NCBI GenBank assembly: GCA_038205935.1
Contig: JBBRBK010000024.1
Location: forward strand, 1 to 27,446
Source: Campylobacterales bacterium
GTDB taxonomy: Bacteria > Campylobacterota > Campylobacteria > Campylobacterales > Sulfurimonadaceae
Direction: 5' to 3'
DNA: 27,446 nucleotides
Both the position numbers and the translations under genes were made by a program. Below, piece after piece: positions 18,232 to 27,446 of the stretch. The notes below the pieces were generated by a model. That model had not been told where the DNA came from. It made no database searches and was given only the letters and a program-made list of their open reading frames with translations. Position 1 is the stretch's first letter. The number at the start of each line of letters is the position of its first letter.

Positions 18232-19422
18232 CTAAGTAAGTGATGTTGTCTGGTAAAGCTTCATAAGCTCTTTGTAAAACTCTTCTTCTGTATGGCTTTC
18301 TAAAAGACCGCCTACAGGAAGAAGATTGTAATACATTTTTTCTAAGTTCTTAAATCTATTTTTAAACATTTTTGAGAGTAAAAGTGCTGAGATCTCTTTT
18401 CGTAGAAGCACTGCTGGAGGAACTATCCCAAGCTTTAAAAGCTCCAAAATAGACTCAGCATGATAGGAGATATGGTGATGTTGGCCGTGAGGACAGGTAT
18501 TTGTACTGACGAGTGTTTTACAAATATTGCAATAGACATATTCACTTGCAATAGAGATATTAATACCAATATCAGTCACACGATCAAGAATTGATTTATT
18601 GGTATTGGCGTCATAATACATGCCAAGACCTGCATGATTTGGACCAATTGTGAGTTTTGTACAACCATAGTTTTTGGCGACAATAGCATCAATAATAATT
18701 TCATTGATCCCGGCAAAGATATAGTTTGTCTCCAAAGGAACGATGAGAACTCTATTTTTTGGCAGATAGTTATCTATAAAATATTTTAAAGCTTCATAAC
18801 GAAGAGAGTATTGAAGGTCTGCTGTTTCATAAGGTTTGAGTAAAAATATAACAGTAAGATCGCTGCTTTCTAAAGATTGTCTTATAAGACGCTCGTGTGC
18901 ACGGTGCAGAGGATTTACTGCCATCATGATAGCCGTGATATTTTTAGCATTTAAGAGTTCTATGGCTTCTTTGATCTCATCTTTATGAAGATCTGGAATC
19001 TCGCTTGTAAGTGTATAATGACCGCAAACAGCATATCTCCCCAGTCTTTTACTTGTCGATCTTACGCCTGGATGCATCTCATCATCTGTTCCATAGATAT
19101 GGCGAAGTCTCTCTTTTGGATCGATCTCAAAAACCTCTTCTACGATGAGTGTGGCAAAGAGTTCCCCATTGCATGTAAGGTCAAGGGTTTCATTTGGTTT
19201 GATCTCCTGAAGAACTATTTCATTACGTTTGCCTGAGGGTGCTAGAATAAAAGGAAAGGGAAATATTTTTTTGTTTATGGTTGAGTTGGAGAGGACTTCA
19301 GAAACCTCGGCTTTGTTCATCAATGAGAGAACTGGATGTAAAAGGCCAGCTTTTAAAAACTCTAAAGCAGCAGCTGCTTCATGGTCAATGATAAGAACTT
19401 TATTTTTTCTTTGCGATGCCAT
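18232..19422 (-). CDS. Sulfate adenylyltransferase (ATP sulfurylase)-like protein with altered motifs
   Basis: Sat-like features: HPGV, NPLHRAHE, AKNYGCT, HAG, C..C...CPH. Likely start MASQRKNK at 19422. Same position as the sat-like gene of the C. jejuni ispDF-Cj1608-Cj1609-pgpA operon. Confidence 0.8.
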   Translation of the reverse strand: MASQRKNKVLIIDHEAAAALEFLKAGLLHPVLSLMNKAEVSEVLSNSTINKKIFPFPFILAPSGKRNEIVLQEIKPNETLDLTCNGELFATLIVEEVFEIDPKERLRHIYGTDDEMHPGVRSTSKRLGRYAVCGHYTLTSEIPDLHKDEIKEAIELLNAKNITAIMMAVNPLHRAHERLIRQSLESSDLTVIFLLKPYETADLQYSLRYEALKYFIDNYLPKNRVLIVPLETNYIFAGINEIIIDAIVAKNYGCTKLTIGPNHAGLGMYYDANTNKSILDRVTDIGINISIASEYVYCNICKTLVSTNTCPHGQHHHISYHAESILELLKLGIVPPAVLLRKEISALLLSKMFKNRFKNLEKMYYNLLPVGGLLESHTEEEFYKELMKLYQTTSLT

Positions 19423-20287
19423 ATTTCTTTCTCTTTTCCCATAAGCTTTTTCTGGAGATTCCAAGTTTTTTAGAGAGTTCTGTATCTGGAAATTTATGTT
19501 GATAGTTTAACACAATATACTTGACGTAATCCTCGATAGGAAGGATGTCATTTTGATCGAAAATATTGTTATCATTTTTAATATCAATGATTTCATAGTC
19601 TACATCATCTATTTTATCCGTGCTAGAAACGATGACATTTCTGCCTTTGATAAGTTCCAAGAACTCTTTTTTATCAGACTTTTTGATCACTTGAAAATCT
19701 GTAACATAGATGATGGTGCTAATTGGTAGCATCGAGATTTCACTCATCGCTTTTGGATTTGTCAAAGAGACAAAATAGAGCGGTTTATTTTGTTTATTTG
19801 CATATTTAAAAGCAAATGAATCTGAATATTTTTGAAAATTACACGAGATAAAAATCGGAAGTTCCATATTTGAAATATTAGGCTCATCAGAGATAGATGC
19901 AAAATTATGATTGAGGTATCTCTCATATGATTCTGATTGATGCTTAAGTCGTTCATAATCCTGAAAATGGTTGATTTTTCGGATCAGTTCTTCTATCATA
20001 AAAGGTTTAAGAATGTAATCTTTGGCTCCAATAGATAGAGGTTTTGAAACTGTATCATTGCTAATATATGAAACCATTAAAATAACAATTGATTTTTTGA
20101 AAGATTCAATAATAGGATTAAAATCTTGCCCATTAATGTTTGTAGAGAGCAAAACGACATCATAAAGATTACTCTTAAGCGCATCTTTTGTAGACGTACA
20201 CATGTCACATACGTGACCAAGTTCTCCCAATTTTGTTGCAATACTTTGCGCTAAATAGATCTCATTTTCGATAATTAATATTTTCAC
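19400..20287 (-). CDS. Atypical orphan response regulator (HP1021/Cj1608-like) with C-terminal Fis-type HTH
   Basis: REC domain MKILIIENE...DVVLLSTN (Ser at the phospho-Asp position), GAKDYILKPF; C-terminal PDTELSKKLGISRKSLWEKRKKYG. Confidence 0.88.
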   Translation of the reverse strand: MKILIIENEIYLAQSIATKLGELGHVCDMCTSTKDALKSNLYDVVLLSTNINGQDFNPIIESFKKSIVILMVSYISNDTVSKPLSIGAKDYILKPFMIEELIRKINHFQDYERLKHQSESYERYLNHNFASISDEPNISNMELPIFISCNFQKYSDSFAFKYANKQNKPLYFVSLTNPKAMSEISMLPISTIIYVTDFQVIKKSDKKEFLELIKGRNVIVSSTDKIDDVDYEIIDIKNDNNIFDQNDILPIEDYVKYIVLNYQHKFPDTELSKKLGISRKSLWEKRKKYGIAKKK

Positions 20288-21405
20288 TTATTTGTCCAAT
20301 TATAGTAGTTTAATGATGCAGTGCTAAGAACGCCGACACCCTCTTTACGTCCGATAAATCCAAGCTTTTCCGTAGTTGTCGCTTTTACATTGACACAAAA
20401 TATGGGAATTTCAAGTATTTTTGAGAGAGTTTTTCTCATCTCATCTTTATATTTTCCAATGCGCGGAGTCTGGGCTAGGATAGTGATATCGACGTTAACA
20501 ATTGCATATCCAAAGCCTTGAAGTTTTTTGACGACATCTTGTAAAAGTATCTTCGAGTCAATCCCTTTATAAGTATCATCATTATCAGGAAATAACATCC
20601 CAATATCACCCATTCCAGCGGCACCCAAAAGTGCATCGATAAGAGAATGGATAGCAACGTCGCCATCACTGTGCGCAAGAAATCCAAAATCACTCTCGAT
20701 TTTCACACCGCATAAAAACATCTCGCCCTTGTCATCAAAAGCGTGAACGTCAAAACCGTTGCCGATTAATGTAACATTTGAGGGTGCTTGTAAACATCCG
20801 AGTTCTTTGATATCACCAGCGAAAGTGAGCTTAAATGCTTCATCTTCTCCCTCAACAAAAACTCTCGTTCCACCGTTTGCAGCTATAGCACTGCTTTCAT
20901 CAGTGTATTCAGTTTGTGTTTGGAGGGCTTGCTTTAAAGCCTCTGTACGTGAAAGTTGAGGGGTTTGAATACGAAGGATATTATTTCTGTCAACTGTTTC
21001 GTTTTCATAAACAATAGTATCGCTTACATGTAAGGCAGGAACGATGCAGTCGGCTTTATCTTTTTTATCTAAAATTCCTTGCAACATCACATCGCTGATA
21101 CAAGCACGCGCAACATCCGTTACAAGTACATAAGGAGTGCTTACATGTAAGAGTGCATTTTTGAGCGATTCTTGACGAGTTGCTCCGCCTTGGATGATTT
21201 GATGTTTAGTATAATTGTGCATAAATGAAACATCATTTTTTGAGGCTGTAATGATGATTTTGGAGAATTTTTCTGTTTTTTCAAATCTAGAAGCTACAAA
21301 ATTCCATAAAGGTTCCATACCGATTCGGAGCCATTGCTTCCTAATGGGGGTTTTGAAACGGGTAGAATCTCCAGCAGCAAGTATAATGAGCGTTAAATCA
21401 GACAA
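20284..21405 (-). CDS. ispDF: Bifunctional IspD/IspF (MEP pathway)
   Basis: LAAG.STRF, GGATRQES, QTPQ (IspD); G.GFDVHAF, HSDGDVAIH..IDALLGA, GDIG.LFPD, VNVKATTTEKLGF.GR.EG (IspF). Confidence 0.96.
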   Translation of the reverse strand: MSDLTLIILAAGDSTRFKTPIRKQWLRIGMEPLWNFVASRFEKTEKFSKIIITASKNDVSFMHNYTKHQIIQGGATRQESLKNALLHVSTPYVLVTDVARACISDVMLQGILDKKDKADCIVPALHVSDTIVYENETVDRNNILRIQTPQLSRTEALKQALQTQTEYTDESSAIAANGGTRVFVEGEDEAFKLTFAGDIKELGCLQAPSNVTLIGNGFDVHAFDDKGEMFLCGVKIESDFGFLAHSDGDVAIHSLIDALLGAAGMGDIGMLFPDNDDTYKGIDSKILLQDVVKKLQGFGYAIVNVDITILAQTPRIGKYKDEMRKTLSKILEIPIFCVNVKATTTEKLGFIGRKEGVGVLSTASLNYYNWTNK

Positions 21406-21582
21406 AAAGTCTCCTGTTTTGGTAAAACTGTTACGAAATTATACATATAAAAAGCTTTTTTTTATCTTGTTAGTGTAAAATTCTGTAACTTTAAAACTAG
21501 TTGAAATATTTTGTATGAATGATTATAGAGATGGTAGATTTTTGTGCCCTCTTGTATAAGTACATAAAGAGTTTGAAAATAG

Positions 21583-22968
<1,386 letters not shown>

Positions 22969-22974
22969 TCCTCT

Positions 22975-23002
22975 ATCGTTGTCCCAAGCGGACGGCGATT
23001 TT
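22975..23002 (+). terminator. Rho-independent terminator after thiC
   Basis: ATCGTTGTCC-CAAGC-GGACGGCGAT stem (with G-U pairs) followed by a short T run. Confidence 0.6.
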
Positions 23003-23186
23003 ACTTCACTTTATTCTACATGTAGAGTCTTTTTATTTTCATTGTGTAAAACAAGATACTTTTTATCCTCTTTTGCTGAAAATAAAAAATATATATAATC
23101 TATTCAGATAATATTAATGAACTTTTGATATAACTCTATTTAGACTAAAGTAACATTTAATTCAATACTAAATTATAGGAGAAAGA

Positions 23187-24368
23187 ATGACACAAGAAAA
23201 TGTAAAAGCGGCACTTTCTAAAGTAATGTATCCAGGTTTTACCAAGGATATTGTGACTTTTGGATTTGTTAATAACATCAATGTAAATGGTACAGCTGTG
23301 AGTTTGACTATTGATATCACATCAAGTGCACCAGAAGTGGCGGCACAAATCAAAGATGAAGCGACAGTCGAATTAAAAGCTTTGGGAGCAACTGATATCA
23401 ATATTAGCGTTGCCGCTCCAAAAATGCCTCGTGAGAGTTCATCACATGGCAAAAATATAGCGCCACAAGTAAAAAACTTCTTGATGGTAAGTTCAGGAAA
23501 AGGTGGAGTCGGTAAATCGACTACATCAGTCAATATCGCTATTGCACTTGCAATGCAAGGAAAAAAAGTAGGTCTTTTAGATGCTGATATCTATGGACCA
23601 AATATTCCTCGTATGCTTGGTGTTGAGAGCGTTAAACCTGAGATCAATGGAAATAAAGTTCTTCCAATCAAAGCATACGGTATCGAAATGATGTCTATGG
23701 GTTCACTCATGGAAGAGGGTCAGTCACTTATCTGGCGTGGAGCTATGATCATGAAAGCGATCGAGCAATTCTTACGTGATATCTTATGGTCTGAACTAGA
23801 TGTTTTAGTTATCGATATGCCTCCAGGAACTGGTGATGCTCAGCTTACTTTAGCTCAAAGCGTTCCTGTAACTGCGGGTTTAACGGTAACAACGCCACAA
23901 AGAGTTTCACTAGATGATTCACGTCGTTCACTTGATATGTTTAGAAAATTGAACATTCCAATTGCGGGTATCATTGAAAATATGAGCGGGTTTATTGCTC
24001 CAGATACTGGTGTTGAATATGATATTTTTGGAAAAGGCACAACACAGCCAATGGCTGATGAGTTTAATACGACTATCATTGCAGAGATTCCAATAGAACC
24101 GGCGGTAAGAACTGGTGGAGATGAGGGTAAACCTATCGTTTATGTTCTTCCAACAAGTGAAACTGCAAAACGTTATATGGCCGCTGCTGAGACAGTATGG
24201 GCTATGATAGAAAAAGTAAATGCAGATGGTGGAGTAGATAACAAAGCTATTCAGCCAAATACACCTCCAGGCGTAAGTGCTTGTTCAACTGCAGCAGCAG
24301 CTCCAAAAGCACCTGCAAAGCCAGAAGAAAGCTCTGAGAGCTGTGGCACAGGATGTGGTTGTCACTAA
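23187..24368 (+). CDS. mrp: Mrp/NBP35/ApbC Fe-S cluster carrier ATPase
   Basis: N-terminal FeS-assembly domain (YPGFTKDIV), SGKGGVGKST, DADIYGP, IWRG.M, DMPPGTGD, VTTPQ, ENMS. Confidence 0.93.
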   Translation: MTQENVKAALSKVMYPGFTKDIVTFGFVNNINVNGTAVSLTIDITSSAPEVAAQIKDEATVELKALGATDINISVAAPKMPRESSSHGKNIAPQVKNFLMVSSGKGGVGKSTTSVNIAIALAMQGKKVGLLDADIYGPNIPRMLGVESVKPEINGNKVLPIKAYGIEMMSMGSLMEEGQSLIWRGAMIMKAIEQFLRDILWSELDVLVIDMPPGTGDAQLTLAQSVPVTAGLTVTTPQRVSLDDSRRSLDMFRKLNIPIAGIIENMSGFIAPDTGVEYDIFGKGTTQPMADEFNTTIIAEIPIEPAVRTGGDEGKPIVYVLPTSETAKRYMAAAETVWAMIEKVNADGGVDNKAIQPNTPPGVSACSTAAAAPKAPAKPEESSESCGTGCGCH

Positions 24369-24382
24369 GACAATCTCAACTC

Positions 24383-24426
24383 TTACATGCAAAGTGCCCA
24401 CTCTGGGCATAAGCCTTACATGTAAG
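24383..24426. repeat. Two TTACATG(C/T)AA copies flanking a small hairpin between convergent mrp and GGDEF genes
   Basis: TTACATGCAA (24383-24392), then TGCCCA-CTC-TGGGCA, then TTACATGTAA (24416-24425). Confidence 0.65.
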
Positions 24427-24460
24427 AGATCTTTTTCTCGCTTAAAAACGCTATGACTCT

Positions 24461-26296
24461 TTAGAAATCTTCGCCCTCAAACATCTCCGGTATAAATTTT
24501 ATGACTTGGTTTCTTCCATGCTCTTTCGCATAGTAGAGTGCAGTATCAGCAAATTTGATACACTTCCAAATGGAGGCAGCATCACTTGGAAATTGTGCTA
24601 CACCGATGCTGATAGTCTTTTGCAGTACTTCTTGACCGATTTGAAATTTTTGTTTATTGAACTCTTTATGAATTTTGTCAGCAACTTCTAAAGAGCCTTC
24701 GAGTGTTGCATTGTGCAATAAAACAACAAATTCTTCACCACCATAACGTATTGCCAAATCAGAGTCTCTTATAGAGCTATTTATAACATCTGAAAGCCCT
24801 TTGATGACAATATCTCCAATATCATGTCCATAAGTGTCATTAACCATTTTGAAGTAATCGATATCTAGCATTAGTACACTGTATTTAGTCTCATTTCGAA
24901 GCGCTTGTTTTGCAAGTTTATCTATAAACTGTTCTAAAAATCGTCTATTATAAAGACCGGTCATTCCATCTCTAAGTGAAGTATCTCTGAGTTTGTCTGT
25001 CAATATTTTAGATTCTATTACAGGTTTTGCTGCTTCAAGATAGTTTTTGATACTAGTTGTGTTTGCATGGATAGCGTCAAATTCAGATAAATCGTTTACG
25101 ATAATATTGATTGTTAATGAGATTTCATCACTAATATCAAAAGGCATACAGATGTAATCATGATTTATATCTTTACAGCTTTCACAAAGGTTAGGAAAAT
25201 CTGTAGAAACTACTTCAGTATCGGTTCTATATGCTCTACAAAGATCAGCATTTTTATTCACGGCAGGAGAACAACTTACTTCATCTGATACATATATTGT
25301 AGTTCTGAATTTTGTATTTTTATCTATTTCATGTAGAGAAAAATTCTTTATTTTATATTTTTCTTTCAATACAGTAACTAACCTGCTATACACAAGCTCT
25401 TTACTATTGTCGAGTTCTATTGTTTTTTTAAATTTATAGATGTCTGCAAGCTCTGTGATAATAATTTTTGCTTCAAAAAGCGGATCAGAACAAGAAAGAT
25501 TTGATTTTGTCACGAATGTTGAAAGACTGTGTTTAATCTCGCCAAAGGTCTCTTCCATCTTTTGAAAGAGTGTATTGATCTGTTCAGTAACCTCTTTGCC
25601 TTCGCCAACTACTCTTGTTTGAAATCTATATGTAAAATTACCGCTGTGAGCCTTTTTAATACCATCCCTAAGGTTTGCAAACAGTTCCATATATGGTTTG
25701 ATATAATAGTTTAAGATAAGCAAAGCTATAAGAATAAATACAACATTAATGCCAAAAATCTTTAGAATGGTAAGTGTACTTGCATTTCTGACACCATTGA
25801 TGTCAAACTCCATACTGATAGCGCCTAGAGTATCCCCTTGGTTTACATTATGGCACTCAAGACAGCTGATTTTAGAAGTGCTCTCAGCCTTATAAGGAAT
25901 CGTTATTCGAAGATTTACATTATCGGCGCTTTCTGATATTTTTTTTACCATAATTCCTGAAGTTAGTACTTTTTTGTCGATATCATCGCGGGCATTTTCA
26001 TAGCTAAAGCCTGGTCCATACTGAGCAATTACTTTTGGACTTCTGACGATCCATAACTTCTTTATTTCATTATTTTGTGTAATGGTGTCAAGAAAGTATT
26101 TTCTCTTGTCCATGATACCATTGACCATGTGAGCAGTCAATCCATCTTTCACGATGTTCGCAGTCAATTTGGCTTTATCCAAAGCAGCGTTGATAGCAAA
26201 CTCCCTAAAATTAAGACCTACATTGATGATGGTCGCAGTGGCTAATGCTGCAAGCATCAGTGTAACCATTATAAGAAATTTATTTTTTGTATTCAT
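24461..26296 (-). CDS. Membrane-anchored diguanylate cyclase with periplasmic c-type heme motif
   Basis: Two TM helices flank a periplasmic domain containing CLECH. A HAMP-like linker and a Cys-rich cytoplasmic domain follow, then DGMTGLYNRR, DID.FK.VND.YGH..GD, RDSD (I-site) and RYGGEEF. Confidence 0.9.
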   Translation of the reverse strand: MNTKNKFLIMVTLMLAALATATIINVGLNFREFAINAALDKAKLTANIVKDGLTAHMVNGIMDKRKYFLDTITQNNEIKKLWIVRSPKVIAQYGPGFSYENARDDIDKKVLTSGIMVKKISESADNVNLRITIPYKAESTSKISCLECHNVNQGDTLGAISMEFDINGVRNASTLTILKIFGINVVFILIALLILNYYIKPYMELFANLRDGIKKAHSGNFTYRFQTRVVGEGKEVTEQINTLFQKMEETFGEIKHSLSTFVTKSNLSCSDPLFEAKIIITELADIYKFKKTIELDNSKELVYSRLVTVLKEKYKIKNFSLHEIDKNTKFRTTIYVSDEVSCSPAVNKNADLCRAYRTDTEVVSTDFPNLCESCKDINHDYICMPFDISDEISLTINIIVNDLSEFDAIHANTTSIKNYLEAAKPVIESKILTDKLRDTSLRDGMTGLYNRRFLEQFIDKLAKQALRNETKYSVLMLDIDYFKMVNDTYGHDIGDIVIKGLSDVINSSIRDSDLAIRYGGEEFVVLLHNATLEGSLEVADKIHKEFNKQKFQIGQEVLQKTISIGVAQFPSDAASIWKCIKFADTALYYAKEHGRNQVIKFIPEMFEGEDF

Positions 26297-26360
26297 AACT
26301 ATCCTAATTTTTTATTGTGACTACGAGGTTACAGAAATAAATGTTAAAGATTCATAAATC

Positions 26361-27446
26361 TTATTCTACTGTAACACTTTTTGCTAAGTTTCGTGGCATA
26401 TCTACGTCATTTCCAAGTCTGATTGCAATTTCAAGTGAGAGTAATTGTAACACAACCATCATCTCAAAAAATTCAAGCATATAGTCTTTGGCATTTGATG
26501 TTTGGATAAAGTCATCTGCTTTATCAAATTCAATAGGGCTGATGGCACAAATTGTTGAATCTCTCGCACTTAATTCTTCTACATTGCTTTTACTTTTTTC
26601 ATACAGCATATGCTGCGGAAGTAGGGCGATAGTAAAAAGTTCAGGATCAGCTAAAGCGATAGGACCGTGCTTCATCTCGCCTGATGGATACCCTTCTGCA
26701 TGCATATAACTTATCTCTTTGAGTTTTAGAGCACCCTCTAAGGCAAGTGGATAAAACACATCTCGTCCGATAAAGAAAAATCCGTGACCATGAAGATATC
26801 TTTTTGAAAGTCTTGTGATTTTTTCATGTAAGCCATCTGGTATCTTAACTGCTCTTGGAACTTCACGTAAAAGAGTTATTTGATCTTCTATTTGCTTACA
26901 TGTAAGTGAGTTTTTAAGTTTTGCAACGTAGAGTGAAAGCATCCAAAAAACAGCTACTTGAGTTGCAAAAGCTTTTGTAGAAGCGACACCTTTTTCGATT
27001 CCTGCACGTGTGAGTATGGAAGCGTCGCTGAGGCGAACCATAGAAGAATTATCGACATTACAGATAACAAGCGTTTTTAGTCCCGATTCTTTTGCCATCT
27101 TCAATGTTTCAAGAGTATCCGCTGTTTCACCACTTTGTGAGATTGCAACAAAGAGAGTATCTTTGCATAGAAGTGGTTTTTTGTATCTAAATTCACTAGC
27201 GATCTCTACTGAAACTCTGACTTTTGCATATCGTTCAATGAGATAACTTGCTGTCAGTGCTGAGTGATAAGATGTTCCACATGCACAAAGTTTTATTTCA
27301 TTAATCCCATCAAAAAGTGCTTTATCAAGCTCTTCAAAAATGATCTCTGAATCTGAAAGTCTCCCTAAAAGAGTATCCGTTATAACGTCTGATTGCTCGT
27401 AGATCTCTTTTTCCATAAAAAATCTAAAGCCATTTTTTTGAGCTGA
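26361..27446 (-). CDS. glmS: Glutamine--fructose-6-phosphate aminotransferase, 3' part (5' end outside the window)
   Basis: ACGTSYH, SEFRY, SQSGETADT, GVASTKAF, EGALKLKEISY, GEMKHGP, terminal PRNLAKSVTVE; frame open to the window edge (SAQKNGFRFFMEKE). Confidence 0.98.
   Translation of the reverse strand, partial: SAQKNGFRFFMEKEIYEQSDVITDTLLGRLSDSEIIFEELDKALFDGINEIKLCACGTSYHSALTASYLIERYAKVRVSVEIASEFRYKKPLLCKDTLFVAISQSGETADTLETLKMAKESGLKTLVICNVDNSSMVRLSDASILTRAGIEKGVASTKAFATQVAVFWMLSLYVAKLKNSLTCKQIEDQITLLREVPRAVKIPDGLHEKITRLSKRYLHGHGFFFIGRDVFYPLALEGALKLKEISYMHAEGYPSGEMKHGPIALADPELFTIALLPQHMLYEKSKSNVEELSARDSTICAISPIEFDKADDFIQTSNAKDYMLEFFEMMVVLQLLSLEIAIRLGNDVDMPRNLAKSVTVE

Overview
AT-rich chromosomal window from a Campylobacterota (Epsilonproteobacteria) bacterium; gene content and order look Sulfurimonas-like (inference). 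Most of it is housekeeping: the probable 3' end of purL, purH, cbpA-hspR with a clear HAIR operator, murA, a DEDDh exonuclease, a stand-alone pglB/STT3 oligosaccharyltransferase, rsmD, flgI-flgJ-flgM-flgN-flgK with well-formed sigma54 and sigma28 promoters, an orphan ABC permease, gdhA, the ispDF-response regulator-sat-like-pgpA operon, thiC, mrp/apbC, a c-heme GGDEF protein and the 3' part of glmS. A ~2.6 kb accessory stretch between purL and purH holds four things: a secreted KCG-repeat (HvfA/oxazolin-like) peptide plus DoxX with no modifying enzyme beside them, a mazEF-type TA pair, a ~400 bp nested-palindrome non-coding element, and a CopD-like membrane gene that appears to start at ATC. 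The strongest unexplained signal is the palindrome TTACATGTAA. I found 11 exact copies and at least 8 near-copies, inside genes (mostly read as Leu-His-Val), in pairs at gene ends, and at the borders of the accessory modules. This resembles a HIP1- or DNA-uptake-sequence-like genome-wide motif.
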